64,000 nucleotides of DNA, taken from Eledone cirrhosa. Taxonomy: Eukaryota. Below, one piece after another: positions 28,985-43,629 of the stretch (positions within the stretch are counted from its first letter, which is position 1; each line of letters opens with the position of its first letter). The notes below the pieces were generated by a model. The model saw only the letters and a program-made list of their open reading frames with translations, did no database searches and was not told the origin of the DNA. The DNA lies in NCBI GenBank assembly GCA_964016885.1, contig OZ024743.1, forward strand, positions 81,964,001-82,028,000, given 5' to 3'. The position numbers and the translations under genes are program-made.

Positions 28985-29458
28985 TAACCACATTCCATCA
29001 CATGTCCACATGACCATGTAGCCATGACAACATTCCACCACATGTCCACACGACCACCTAGCCATGTCAATATTCCACCACATGTCCACACGACCATGTA
29101 GCGACGTCAACATTCCATCACATGTCCACACGACCACGTAGCCATGTCAACATTCCACCACATGTCCACACGACCATGTAGCCATGTCAACTTTCTACCA
29201 CATGTCCACACGACCATGTAGCCATGTCAACATTCCACCACATGTCCACACGACCACGTAGTCATGTCAACATTCCACCACATGGCCACACGACCATGTA
29301 GCGACGTCGACATTCCACCACATGTCCACACGACCATGTAGCGACGTCAACATTCCACCACATGTCCATACGACCACGTAGCCATGTCAACATTCCCCCA
29401 CATGTCCACACGACCATGTAGCCATGTCAACATTCCACCACATGTCCACACGACCATG
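28985..29458. repeat. 40-bp minisatellite (accacatgtccacacgaccatgtagccatgtcaacattcc), about 12 copies
   Basis: Tandem repetition. Confidence 0.95.
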
Positions 29459-29619
29459 CAGTTTTCTCCTGTTTTGTCTAACAATATGTCTTACATTATT
29501 GTATGTCTTTAACAAGACAACACATCATCAGAACAGGCGAAATAGCGAACGACATAGATTCACTCATATATCTTACATACAACAATTTTTCTGTACGCAC
29601 ACACACACACACACATATA

Positions 29620-29800
29620 GATTGGCAGTATCGGTAGAGAGTCGGACACCATGTTTTCCAGCATAGTTACGTCCCTTTACGGTTTGAGTTCAAATCCAGC
29701 CGAGGTTAAGTTTGCCTTTCATCCTTACGGGGTCGATAAAATAAAGTACCAGTAATGTACTGCGTAATTGCTGGCCTTGTACCAAAAGTAGAAACAATTA
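29620..29800 (+). mobile_element. SINE family S1
   Basis: A/B boxes and body as at 9426-9810. Confidence 0.85.
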
Positions 29801-29974
29801 TATATATATATAAACGGAAAAAATGAAACGAAATTTCATTTCCCACTCTTAGTACGGCTGTTATTTAAATATAAGTATGTACACGTACATACATATATGT
29901 ATACAGACGTACAGTAGTATGTATATATATACATATATATATACATACGCGCACACATATATATATATGTGCAT

Positions 29975-30245
29975 ATGGATTCACCGAACATTTATTATAA
30001 TGCTCGGTGTGTTTGTAAGCAAACATCCCGTATTAAGCCGTAGTGTCCAGCAACCATCGTTGCTCGTTTGTTCAACACTGACAAAGGAACGCTGTACTAG
30101 TTTCAAGCTTATTAGCTATCGTCAGTAACGTATACCTTCCTGCCAGATTGTTGAACGTATATACTTACCTTATGCACATTAACGGCTGAGTAGCCCAATT
30201 TGCATATCGAGTGGGTTAATCGGCCGGGTGCACCGAAAACGATAA
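29975..30245 (-). mobile_element. PLE pLTR fragment (family G); hammerhead at 30089-30131
   Basis: Minus strand reads acgtta-CTGACGA-tagc taataa gctt-GAAA-CTAG-TA-cagcgt; homologous to 35728-35978. Confidence 0.7.
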
Positions 30246-30323
30246 ACGGATAAAATGAAACGAAATTTTATTTCCCACTCTTAGTACGGCTGTTATATAT
30301 ATATTTATTTATTTATTTATTTA

Positions 30324-30500
30324 TTTATTGAAATAACAGATCAAAGGTTAAGCAAAGAATCGCTGCTTTCACCCTTAACGGGATCTTCTGTTATTTTAAT
30401 AAATATTTGCTCTGGGGTTCTTATATATTCCATATATTGATATATATTTATGCTTATCGAGCCCTCTTTGGATTTCAGTCTTCACATTTATTATTATTAC

Positions 30501-30501
<1 letters not shown>
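30324..30501 (+). mobile_element. Collapsed fold-back element, family H
   Basis: Same left arm and tail as 52681-52918, but the hairpin centre and most of the right arm are deleted. Confidence 0.75.
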
Positions 30502-30540
<39 letters not shown>

Positions 30541-30656
30541 GTTGTAATAGATAATTATTTTGTCTGAGGAACGGGCTAGACGTTTCTATAAGAACCATCT
30601 AGTCTCTCGAAACCTTCGTTAATGGAATAATTATATTGTATTGTTTATAATGTAAT

Positions 30657-30737
<81 letters not shown>

Positions 30738-31588
30738 ATACTTTTGGGAGGGTCATGTTGCCAATAAGAAACACTCGCACCAGTTGCTTTCACTTCAATT
30801 TATTATAATAAATTTATAAATTTAGGAATTTATAAATTTCCGGTTGGTTGGTTGGTTCCACAACCAGATGGTTGTTTATATATTGTCAAAGTTCTTTCGT
30901 CACACATTCTGTTACCTCTTCAGTGACTGGGGATTTTTTTCTTTGTTTTTGTGCCTCTCCTTTGTTCTGTCCTACGCCATCTTGTTTCTGTGTGTGTGTT
31001 GTGTGCTCAGTCTGCGCATGCGCCACATCCGGGTGTCTGTGTGTGTTTATATTCGTTTATTTATTTGTTTATTTACATGTTACTGGTTGGTTGTTTGTTC
31101 TATGTGCGTGTGTGTTTTCATTTTGTCCTTAATTGTAAATTGTGATGTTGCTGTTCCACTCATGTTTTCTATTTAATTTTGGTTGTAATTCTTTTATGTT
31201 TATTGCCTCTGTGATTTGTCTAAACATTGCGTCTTTTCTGTGTGTAGATTCTATTTTTATTTCTATGTTCTCTAATTTACCCTTATGTTCTATTTTAGCA
31301 TGTTGGTAGAGTACAGATGATTCTTTACTATCTTGAAGGTCTCGCCAGTGTTCATTTATCCGTTCCCCTACACTACGAGCTGTCTCACCTATGTACACTA
31401 TATTTTTATCTCTACATTGTCCTTCAGTACATCTTATGCTATATACTACATTTTTAGTTTTACAGTTAATATGGGGACTTAATTTACAGGTTATACATTT
31501 CTTATCTATACAGGGGGTCTTTGAAAAGTGTATGTCTTGCTAATAACTGTTTTTATGGAGGTACCTGGTCTTTCTACTATCTTAATAT

Positions 31589-33682
31589 CTTTTGACAGTC
31601 TGCCAAACTACATCCAGGCAATGCAACCCCACATCACTAACACAAGAGAAGTAACACCACAAGAGCATGAGGATAGAGAAAAAGCCCTCAATGCCCATAT
31701 GGTGATGTGGACAAATATAATGCAGCCCAACAAAAAAACTGCCAACAACTTCCAGGCCTGGAACAATGACGTGCCAGCGTTGTATGGGCTTCGAAAAGAC
31801 CATAAAACGAGCAGTGACCCTGTCACGGGACCACCAACACGGCCAGTCTGTGGAGCTAACATTGCTAGTAACTACAGACTGTCCTACTTCCTCTCCCTGA
31901 TCATACGCCCCATCATTGAAATGTCCCCAGATGTATGTGACAGCACGGAGGACCTCCTCAGCAGAATCGGCGAGGGTAACCGATCTAGGGACATAACAAA
32001 CTGCATAATAGGTAGTATGGATGTTGTGTCCCTGTATCCATCTATTGACGTGGATTTTGCTGTGGAGAAATGCGTAGAAATGATCAGTGAAAACAATGTT
32101 GAGTTCCGTGGGATTGATACCAGTGAGCTGGGACTCCTACTTAAACTTACCTATAGTAATAATTATCTAGACACATATGACCTTAACAACCTGTGCCCTA
32201 CAAGACCAGCAAGAGGCAGACCACCTACCATTACCTCAATGGCCAAGAAAACCCACACAGCTAGATGGAACGGGTGGACCCGAGCCATACGGACCCCCGA
32301 AAACCACGATGAACTAAAGAAAATGATTGCACATGCGGTGGGGGCCAGCATAAAATTAACCCTTAAGGAACATATGTTCAAATTTAATGGAAAAACATAT
32401 GCCCAAGAGGAGGGAGCAGCCATTGGTGTTAGCATTGCAGGCGACATAGCTAACTTATTCATGGTATGGTGGGACAGTAGACTTAAACTTAAACTTAAAG
32501 AACAATTAGAAGACCCCTTAACCCTGATAATGTACTCCCGCTACGTAGATGATATAAACATCGTAGTTAAAACACCCCCACTAGAGAACAGTCAGGAATT
32601 AGAGAAAAACACAATGGAAAGCATCCAGCAAATAGCTAACTCCATCAACCAGAGTATTAGAGTTACTATATACTACCCAAGCAAACACCCCAACCATCTA
32701 TTACCTGTACTAGACACAGAGCTCTGGTTAGATACCATTAATAACAAAAAACAAATCCTCCATTCCCATTATGCCAAACCCATGACTTCCAAATATCTGA
32801 TCCACTGAAACTCAGCTGTTTCGGACCATACCAAAATGAACATACTGATTGCGGATTTGGTACGAGTGATGAGAAACGTGTCCCACATGTGCAACCCCGA
32901 AGAACTAGAGAGACACATACAACACTTCATCCACCGTATGCAGTTCTCTGGTTACAATCAGAGAGATAAAATGAGAGTGTATAGAGGAGCCAGAACCAAA
33001 TGGGAAAAAATGGTAAATAATGACACAAATGGGACCTGCCCCTTGTATAGGAGCAAATTTTGGAATAGAATAGAAAGAACTAGGAATAAGGCTAATAGAA
33101 TAAACTCATGGTATGATAGCAATAAATACCAGAGTGTAATGTTCATCGATACAACCCCGAGAGGTGAATTAGCTTACAAATTTAGAAGGGCCCTAGATAA
33201 ACATAAACTCAATATTAAGATAGTAGAAAGACCAGGTACCTCCATAAAAACACTTATTAGCAAGAGATACCCTTTCCAAAGACCGCCCCCCCCCCTCCTG
33301 TATAGATAAGAAATGTATAACCTGTAAATTAAGCCCCCATATTAACTGTAAAACTAGAAATGTAGTATATAGCATAAGATGTACTGAAGGACAAGGTAGA
33401 GATAAAAATATAGTGTACATAGGTGAGACAGCTCGTAGTGTAGGGGAACGGATAAATGAACACTGGCGAGACCTTCAAGATAGTAAAGAATCATCTGTAC
33501 TCTACCAACATGCTAAAATAGAACATAAGGGTAAATTAGAGAACATAGAAATAAAAATAGAATCTACACACAGAAAAGACGCAATGTTTAGACAAATCAC
33601 AGAGGCAATAAACATAAAAGAATTACAACCAAAATTAAATAGAAAACATGAGTGGAACAGCAACATCGCAACTTACAATTAA
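31589..33682 (+). pseudogene. PLE reverse transcriptase plus GIY-YIG endonuclease ORF (TGA at 32806, frameshift near 33290)
   Basis: LYGLRKDHK..PTRPV, SMDVVSLYPSID, GAAIG, RYVDDI; Cys-rich linker C-x4-C-x2-C-x7-C; VVY...YIGETARSVGERINEH...EAINI...LN. Confidence 0.93.
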
Positions 33683-33882
33683 GGACAAAATGAAAACACA
33701 CACGCACATAGAACAAACAACCAACCAGTAACATGTAAATAAACAAATAAATAAACGAATATAAACACACACAGACACCCGGATGTGGCGCATGCGCAGA
33801 CTGAGCACACAACACACACACAGAAACAAGATGGCGCAGGACAGAACAAAGGAGAGGCACAAAAACAAAGAAAAAATCCCCA

Positions 33883-33925
33883 GTCACTGAAGAGGTAACA
33901 GAATGTGTGACGAAAGAACTTTGAC
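33883..33925 (+). ncRNA. Minimal type I hammerhead motif in the pLTR (mirror copy at 30885-30927)
   Basis: gtca-CTGAAGA-ggtaacagaatgtgtgac-GAAA-GAAC-TT-tgac. Confidence 0.75.
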
Positions 33926-34129
33926 AATATATAAACAACCATCTAGTTGTGGAACCAACCAACCGGAAATTTATAAATTCCTAAATTTATAAATTTATTA
34001 TAATAAATTGAAGTGAAAGCAACTGGTGCGTGTGTTTCTTATTGGCAACATGACCCTCCCAAGGTATAACAATATCGGTTTCAACACACGTTTTCAGATA
34101 AAGAATCTTGCTAAACAAATTCAGAAACG

Positions 34130-34212
<83 letters not shown>

Positions 34213-34678
34213 GCATGTTGTGTGTGTGTGAAAAGTAAACAAGGAAATACCATGCAGGAGAACATAACAGTAGAATAAAGGTAGACAATAATGTATCACA
34301 CGATATACTAGTTTATAATACTACTGTATTTATTAAACATTCAAACATTCAGTTAATGACCATTCAATATGTGTGAGCAAAGTGTAATATGTATTTTTCT
34401 GACAAGTAAATTGACAGTGACTTCGAAGTTTCAGCTTAAGGCTTCATATAAATGTTTGTTTAATGGGATTGTGTTATAAACACACAAAACATGCACGGAA
34501 AAATGACGCAATATACTATATATTTGTGTGTAGGGACTAAACATTACAGAAGCCATTTCTACATGAAACTTGATATTTACACTCTACTAATGTATTGAGT
34601 ACCTTACTAACTGTGGTTGCCCTCGTTTGAATCCGGTACTCATATATATATATTTGTGTGTGTGAGTATATATATATA

Positions 34679-34791
<113 letters not shown>

Positions 34792-34894
34792 TACACACTC
34801 TGCCTAGACACTGCAAACAGAGAGTCAAAATATTGATGGAGTAAAGTTCATATAAGTGAAGGCGAAAAGAAAAACAAAAGCAGGGCAAGAGCTG

Positions 34895-35615
34895 TCGATA
34901 ACGTCACAGACTGTGACGAAAGAATATTGATAATTATTTGGTTGATTAACCAGCTGATGGCAGGATTAATTACCTAATTAATAACACACCCGAAATGAAA
35001 GGAAACCAGAGTGTGTGTTTTAATTAACAGAGCACATTTTGGAATAAGATAGAAAGAATTATGAGGACTAATAAAGTTAACTCATGGTATGATAGCAATA
35101 AATACCAGAGTGTAATGTTTGTCAGTACAACCCCCAGAGGTGAACTAACTTACAGATTTAGAAGGGCCCCAGACAAACACAAATTATATATTATGATAGT
35201 TGAAAGACCAGGTATTCCCATAAAAGCCTTAATTAGTAGAACATATCCTTTAGGGAAAAAAACCTACATTGATAGTAAATGCATAGTCTGCAAATTAAAC
35301 CCACACACTAACTACAAAACCTGGAACGTAGAATATAGTATAAGGTATACTGCTAGTGTTGGAATAAGATGGCATTAGTATATAGCATAAGGTATACTGC
35401 TAGTGTTGGAATAAGGTGGCATCTTACATAGGTGAGTCAGCCTGTAGCATAGGAGAAAGGATAAATGAACACTGGCGAAAACTCCAGGATCGGAAGAACT
35501 TATCAGTATTCCACCAACATGCCAAAATAGAACATGGTGGTACACTAAAGAACTTAGAAATAAAAATCATATCCACACACAGAAAAGATGCAATGCTCAG
35601 ACAGATTACAAAAGC
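34895..35615 (+). mobile_element. Diverged second copy of the Neptune-like PLE 3' ORF region
   Basis: NSWYDSNKYQSVMF..TTPRGEL and YIGESACSIGERINEHW, homologous to 33050-33610; hammerhead remnant near 34905-34930. Confidence 0.85.
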
Positions 35616-35618
35616 GAA

Positions 35619-35978
35619 GCTGAGTAGCCTCATTTGCACATCGGGCGAGTTACGGCTGGCCTTGCCGAAGACTAAAAATAAAATTAAAAATTTATTAATC
35701 GCTCTAGCACAGCTGATACATAAATGTTAGTCTTCGGCACGGCCAACCGTAACTCGCCCGGTATGCATATTAGGTTACTCAGCCGATGTGTACTTAACAA
35801 AATACTATATATTTTCAACCGTTCAACAGACTGGCAGAGTTATACAGTCCTGATGAAAAATGTTGATTGTTCCTAAATACCAGAGTTGAACAAACGGATG
35901 ACGATTGGCACGACACAGCTTTAATCGGGCGGTTGGATTACAATAGAATCGAATATTATTATTAATGTTCGATATAAC
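35619..35978 (+). mobile_element. Fold-back element, family G
   Basis: Arms ~35619-35676 and 35728-35783, followed by sequence homologous to the reverse complement of 29975-30185. Confidence 0.65.
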
Positions 35979-35984
35979 CCATAC

Positions 35985-36040
<56 letters not shown>

Positions 36041-36049
36041 CAATATAGT

Positions 36050-36440
36050 TTGCCAGACTTAATTTAAAGTAATAAATCAAGAAAAAGAAAAACAAACCTA
36101 TATTGGGCAACTGCCTGAAACACCCAGACAGCTATGGGAGCTGTTTCGCAAATTATTAAGCGAAGGAATCACCAACTTTCTGCTCATCAGTAGCCGTTAC
36201 AAAATAGCAATCCTTCCACTTCTAAGTATATCAGAAGACTGAATTGGGTGCGATAACGCACATGTCTTCAGAGCCTAGCTTGTCTCATAAACCTATGCTG
36301 CTAAAAATAGCAGCCGGGTTTACACGACATTTAAATTAGCTCAACGAGACGGAGCCGACAATATCAGATATTGAGTTAGAAACTCAAAATAGTCTGTTAC
36401 AATTAAATAGCTTCAAGACAAAAGTTTTCCTGAGCCATGT
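36050..36440 (-). mobile_element. TA-flanked island with hammerhead-like motif at 36131-36194 (probable pLTR fragment)
   Basis: Minus strand reads gcta-CTGATGA-gcaga...tttgc-GAAA-cagctc...tagc. Confidence 0.45.
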
Positions 36441-36446
36441 AATATA

Positions 36447-36480
<34 letters not shown>

Positions 36481-36663
36481 ACAGAAGCTTAATTATATAT
36501 ATATATATATTATATGGATAAAATAAAGTACCAGTAATACACTACGATAGTTGCTGGTCTTGTCCCAAGAAGTAGAAACAATTATTACTATATATATAAC
36601 CTACCGCGTGCACGCACATAAACACATGTTGAATGAAATGAATTAATGAATGGCATTCAATCA

Positions 36664-36716
<53 letters not shown>

Positions 36717-37080
36717 TGGGGGAAAGAGAGAGAGAGTCTCACTATCTGTGTCTGTGTTTTCATTCCAAGTAATGTTGGCTGGAAAAACAGACAGTTTCTG
36801 AGCGAGAGAACAATGTACTAACAAGAAGCAATATGGTGGCACTATTGTGAAGAGACCGTATGAGCTTCACTACTATATAGGATTCTTTCATTATGTATGT
36901 TTACTTTTCCTCACTGAAAAACAGCCATCACTGTGTGGAATTACGTCAGATACTCAAAATAGCAATCTGTTAAAGTTGCGTTCCATTTATACAGAAACCT
37001 GTATAGAATAGTGTTGCGTGGCCAGATTATAAACAAGATGGCGACACTAGGTCAAGCTGTGCTCCTTATGTGTACACTCA

Positions 37081-37135
<55 letters not shown>

Positions 37136-37137
37136 GT

Positions 37138-37221
<84 letters not shown>

Positions 37222-37233
37222 GTGTGTATACAT

Positions 37234-37267
<34 letters not shown>

Positions 37268-37305
37268 ATATATGTGTGTATACATATATATATGTAGATA
37301 GATAC

Positions 37306-37356
<51 letters not shown>

Positions 37357-37413
37357 TATATATATGAATACATATGTATATATATATACTTTATATATAT
37401 ACATATATACATG

Positions 37414-37473
<60 letters not shown>

Positions 37474-37999
37474 CATACATACATGCATACACATACATAT
37501 ATAAATGTGTGTATGTGTATAAGTGTATGTGTGTGTAGTGTAGGTGTGTGTAGTGTTTGCGGTATGGGAGCTGGGAAGATCACAGATCAGTGTTGTGCTA
37601 TATGCATAAAACACAAACACACACGTGTTCATACATACATATACATACATACACACATTCATACATACACGCATACATACATAGACACACATGCATTCAT
37701 ATATACATACATACATACATATATACATACATATACACATTCATATATACACTTATACATACAAGACGCACATGCATTCATACACACATTCATACACACA
37801 TTCATACATACACTCACACATACATATACATACATACATATATATACACACATATACATACATAACTATATATATCAATTTATATCAATATCCTTTAACC
37901 AATGTTGAGATCGTATTACAAAAGCAAACATACAAATACATACGCACACACATACATACATGTGTGTGTGCGTGGTTGAATATATAAACACACACATTA

Positions 38000-38043
<44 letters not shown>

Positions 38044-38100
38044 CACAATATATTTATATATTATATATTATATATATACACATATATATGTATATGTATG

Positions 38101-38159
<59 letters not shown>

Positions 38160-38237
38160 GACATTATATATATATATATATGATATATATATATATTATA
38201 TATATTATACATATATTATATATATATATATATATAC

Positions 38238-38323
<86 letters not shown>

Positions 38324-38380
38324 ATATATATATAAAATGTGTGTGTGCATACATATATATATATATACACACACAGACAT

Positions 38381-38420
<40 letters not shown>

Positions 38421-38536
38421 TTCCGTAGATCTGTCAGGTTTTCTAAAACTAAACATGTTTAAATGGTGCTGCTATGGAGACACACCCTGTATTTATAAAA
38501 TTATTTGATACACAACATAAAGGACGGATATGTATG

Positions 38537-38629
<93 letters not shown>

Positions 38630-38695
38630 ATGTGTGTGTGTGTGTACACATTAATTTCACAGACTCACACCCACAATTAAAACCTCAAACACCTG

Positions 38696-38792
<97 letters not shown>

Positions 38793-38852
38793 TAAAAAAT
38801 TGAACGGGAACAAAACAGAGAGGCAGTTCGAACAAAGGTTTATTAGTTTCAC

Positions 38853-38904
<52 letters not shown>

Positions 38905-39254
38905 CCCTGTGTGCCTGCCCCTCTGTGTGTGTGTCTGCCTCTGTGTATGTGTGTTTACGTAGGAATGTACGTGAGACCATATGTATATAGTGGTTCTTAT
39001 CTGTGGTATTCCGGTAAATTGCCAGCCTTTTCCTGGTACTTAACTCAGCCACACCAACACAACACGTCTCATATATAAAACAATGGCTTTATTTTCACTT
39101 AATCGACGTTATAAACGGAAAGGTAACGAGTTCAAGTTTCAGTGCCGCCTATTTAAAAGGTCATTCTATTTCTGTTGTAATTAAGATGACAGCTCATTAA
39201 CGGGTGCCACTTTACGTTCCATAAATCAACACTTACTAAATTATATGTATATAT

Positions 39255-39357
<103 letters not shown>

Positions 39358-39385
39358 CAAATATATATATATATATATGAACACA

Positions 39386-39429
<44 letters not shown>

Positions 39430-39468
39430 TATATTTATATATATATGCATATATATATATACACACAC

Positions 39469-39542
<74 letters not shown>

Positions 39543-39604
39543 TATAAATTATGTCCATAGAATCATTTGATAAGGTATATATAGATATACGTATATATAT
39601 TATA

Positions 39605-39666
<62 letters not shown>

Positions 39667-39759
39667 TAAATCAGGAAAGAAGGTTGACATGGTTTGCTAT
39701 ACAAATATGAATATATATATATATATATGTATATGTATATATATACGTGTATATATATA

Positions 39760-39838
<79 letters not shown>

Positions 39839-40157
39839 GTATATATATATAAATATATATATATATGTATAAGTAAATATGTCTCTATGTGTGTATATAT
39901 ATACGTATATATATGTATATATATATATATATATTTATACGTATATATATATATATATATATATGTTTATATATGTGTATATATATGTATATATGTCTAT
40001 ATGTGTGTATATATATATATACGTATATATTTGTATATATATATATATATGTATATATATGTATATATATGTATAAGTAAATATGTCTATATGTGTGTAT
40101 ATATATACGTATATATATGTATATATATATATATTTATACGTATATATATATATATA

Positions 40158-40264
<107 letters not shown>

Positions 40265-40354
40265 GTATAAATATATATATATATACATATATATACGTAT
40301 ATATATACACACATATAGACATATTTACTTATACATATATATACATATATATAC

Positions 40355-40385
<31 letters not shown>

Positions 40386-40477
40386 CATATATATACGTAT
40401 ATATATATACACACATATAGACATATATACATATATATATGCATATATATATACACATATATATACATATATATACG

Positions 40478-40511
<34 letters not shown>

Positions 40512-40786
40512 AGTGTTTGTGTGTGTGTGTGAGCTCTCCTCGTATCCGCCCTTTGTCGGTATGTTCTCAGCGTTTTTTTTTGTTGCATTTTTTCCCCTCT
40601 GTTTCATTTTTTTCTCTCTTTTTTTTTCTTCCCCATTAACTTCCACAAATTATTGATGCACTGGAGTTAGACATATTGCCTTTAATGTGTTAAAATATCC
40701 ATGATCTTCAGCAGACAACAAAAGGGAATGTCCCCCGATTGTGTATTCCTCTTGTTTTTAAATACACTTTATCAAGTAACCACACA

Positions 40787-40882
<96 letters not shown>

Positions 40883-40884
<2 letters not shown>

Positions 40885-41098
40885 AGGCGTGTGGCTGAGT
40901 GGTTAGAGAATTGGATTCGCAATCGTAAGGTTGTGAGTTCGATTCCTGGACCAGGCGATGCGTTATGTCCTTGAGCAAGACACTTTATTTCACGTTGCTC
41001 CTTCTACCTGGAGTTGCGACCGATAGATAGTATTAGCAATTGGAAAGACCAACGGAAACATTGTTCCCTCGGTCCGATTTGACGAAAGTCGATCGTTC
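40883..41098 (+). mobile_element. tRNA-derived CORE-like SINE (family S2)
   Basis: A box tggctgagtgg, B box gttcgattcc, CORE-like tgtccttgagcaagacactt; other copies at 61141-61335 and ~48860-48980 (partial). Confidence 0.8.
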
Positions 41099-41137
<39 letters not shown>

Positions 41138-41143
<6 letters not shown>

Positions 41144-41668
41144 AAGTTAAATAAAAGTCAAATGATTAAAATTTAGCTTCGTTTATTACTGCTATATATA
41201 TATTTCAGTGACAGCCATCTTTGGCTGTGACCTCTTCAGGCAGTTTGAATTAGTATGGTATAGACAAGTACATATGTTGTTGAGGTGTATAATATTGTCT
41301 ATACACTGATATGCCCAGTTCCTAGTTGGGTTGTTATTTCACTGAGGAACTGGAGTCATGTTCCTCAGTGAAATAACAACCCAACTAGGAACTGGGCATA
41401 TCAGAGTATTGACAATATTATACACCTAAACAACATATGTACTTGTCTATACCATACTAATTCAAACTGCCTGAAGAGGTCACAGCCAAAGATGGCTGTC
41501 ACTGAAATATATATAGCAGTAATAAACGAAGCTAAATTTTAATCATTTGACTTTTATTTAACTTTATTTTACACTACTCCGGAGTAACCAAACCAACCTG
41601 CGCACTTCGTCGAGTGCTCCAGCCTGCATACTGAGGTGTTGGTATACAACCAACTTAGACTCAAAATC
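41138..41668 (+). mobile_element. Fold-back PLE remnant (~430-bp palindrome plus ~98-nt tail)
   Basis: Arms 41138-41350 and 41360-41570; TA flanks. Confidence 0.85.
41466..41520 (+). ncRNA. Minimal type I hammerhead motif
   Basis: actgc-CTGAAGA-ggtcacagcca aaga tggctgtcact-GAAA-TATATA-TA-gcagt. Confidence 0.8.
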
Positions 41669-41719
41669 TATATATATCTATATATATGTATATATATAAA
41701 TATATATATGTGTGTGTGT

Positions 41720-41850
41720 AAAAGGGAAACAGAAATAATCACACAACAAGTACAGTATATGGAAGCGATATATTAGGTTAACGCTTGGTATAGCAGGAAG
41801 TGGGTCTTAACATTTCGGACGTTAGTCCTTCATCCGAAGAAAGAAAGAGA
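41720..41850 (-). mobile_element. pLTR fragment homologous to 21746-21870
   Basis: Direct sequence match; degenerate hammerhead core. Confidence 0.65.
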
Positions 41851-41894
41851 AATAAGATAGATTGAAGGGACGGGCGGGTTGGAATTGGAAAAAA

Positions 41895-42707
41895 AATCTT
41901 TTACTCTTTTACCTGTACGAGCCATCCGGCTGAGGCCATGCTGGGGCACCGCGCTTGTTGTTACACATTCTATCTCCAGCCTGAGTTGGCTGGCCATTGG
42001 TGCAAGAGGGAGTTCGTTGCTGCTGCCCTTAGGTTGCCTTCGTACCGTGCTGTGGGCTCATCCGGGATCCTGGATAGCAAGGTGTCGAGATGTTTCTTGA
42101 AAACATCCACGTCCACACCATGCAGATCTCTCAAATCCCTTGGCAGCTTGTTGAAGAGTTGAGGGCCTTTGAACCCCAGGCTATTGCAATATTTGCTCCT
42201 TATTCTAGATGTGGAAGACGGGACATTTGGCACCACACAGTGACGCCCTGTTCGGGGGTTGGTCCATCCCAATGCCAAAGTCTGGTGCTAGTCCCTCCAG
42301 GATTTTCCATATGTATATCACTGCCTATCTCTCCCGTCTTCGTTCCAAGGAGTAGAGGTTCAGTTCTTTTAGCCTCACTCAGTAGCTTATCTTCTTCCTC
42401 GTGGCAATCCTCTTGGTGTAGCTTCGTTGGATTGCCTCAAGCTCCGTAGTTAGTTTGACACTATGGTGTGACCACAGCTGGGAGCAATAGTCCAGGCGGC
42501 TTAGGACGAATGTCCTCTATAGTATCAACAAGGTCTCTCGGTCTCTTGTCTGGAAAGTCCTCAAGATCCAGTCAGCTAGTCACCTACACATTGTCGCCAC
42601 CCTCATGATATGTGAAGAAAAGGATGTACCGTCGCTCATGCTTAGTCCCAGGTCTCGTATCGATTTCGACACGGGAATTTCGATCCCTCCTGGTCCAGTG
42701 TAGCTGT
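41895..42707 (-). mobile_element. CR1-type LINE 3' end
   Basis: WILRTF.TRD...SRLDYCSQLW, RLKELNLYSLERRRER, GPQLFNKLP..LR...FKKHLD.LL..IPDEP; 3' tail gcggtgccccagcatggcc (also on the plus strand at ~61010-61065). Confidence 0.88.
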
Positions 42708-42708
42708 G

Positions 42709-42769
<61 letters not shown>

Positions 42770-42776
<7 letters not shown>

Positions 42777-43375
42777 ACTAGAGATTGATTAACATATAAA
42801 TAAACATGAATAATCACAGGAGATAATGTTTACAAGTGTGTAACCACACATAGCTAGGTAGGTAACTAAATAAAGTTTCTAGTTGTCGATAACCCTATTC
42901 ACGCCACTGGGACGAAGCTATTATGATGTGTGTATTTCTAGTAAATACAACACGTGCTGGCCAGTCGCTGATTTGAACTTGAAGTGTAAACACGGATTGC
43001 TGGAACTTCTTCCTTGTTGAAAATCCAATAATCCACTTCTGTCGTTTACCATCTGATTAATTGGTGAAATATATTTCTTTAATGGAATATATACAGGGAA
43101 GATTAATCATATTATAAGATATCTATTTTTGAAGTTATGGTAAACTTTATTTAGTTACCTACCCAGCTATGTGTGGTTACACACTTGTAAAAATTATCTC
43201 CTGTGATTATTCATGTTTATTTATATGTTAATCAATCTCTAGTTATTATAAAATGCTCGGACCTACTCGTTAGAATCTTAGAGCTTATTTTGCGGGTGAT
43301 ATGGCGCATGTCTTTCTGGCATGACACCCATAATTTTGATTTAGATTAAATTCATTTGATTTATCTTAATTTTGT
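42770..43375 (+). mobile_element. Fold-back element (no clear hammerhead seen)
   Basis: Arms 42770-42878 and 43142-43250, ~260-nt loop, ~125-nt tail, TA flanks. Confidence 0.7.
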
Positions 43376-43503
43376 ATATATATATATATATATATATATA
43401 AAGTTTATATCCAAAGTTAGTAGAACACTCAGTCCAAAGGATGAGTTCGATAGAATTAATTCCACAACAATTACCAAACCATGGATTGATAATTGTTGAG
43501 GGA

Positions 43504-43534
<31 letters not shown>

Positions 43535-43629
43535 CTCTCTCCCTCCCTCCCCCTCTCTCTCTCTCTCTCTAAATGCTTTTCAAAAATAATTTTGAAATAG
43601 AGTGTCCGTGTTGTTTGCTCTGATCTGTT

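Larger units (their letters stand above)
30731..34132 (+). mobile_element. Penelope-like retroelement (Neptune-like), 5'-truncated, with ~860-bp inverted 3' copy, inserted in (TA)n
   Basis: Inverted arm 30731-31588 mirrors 33212-34075; sense ORF from 31589; tail 34076-34132; TA flanks on both sides. Confidence 0.95.

Noticed and set aside
32806-32808. In-frame TGA in the PLE ORF as selenocysteine
   Set aside because: The position (LIH*NSA) is not an evident Cys site, a CGA-to-TGA change is the simpler explanation, the ORF also has a frameshift, and no SECIS was recognised.
40883-40955. tRNA gene
   Set aside because: A and B boxes are present but there is no proper acceptor stem, and the sequence continues into a repeated SINE body.
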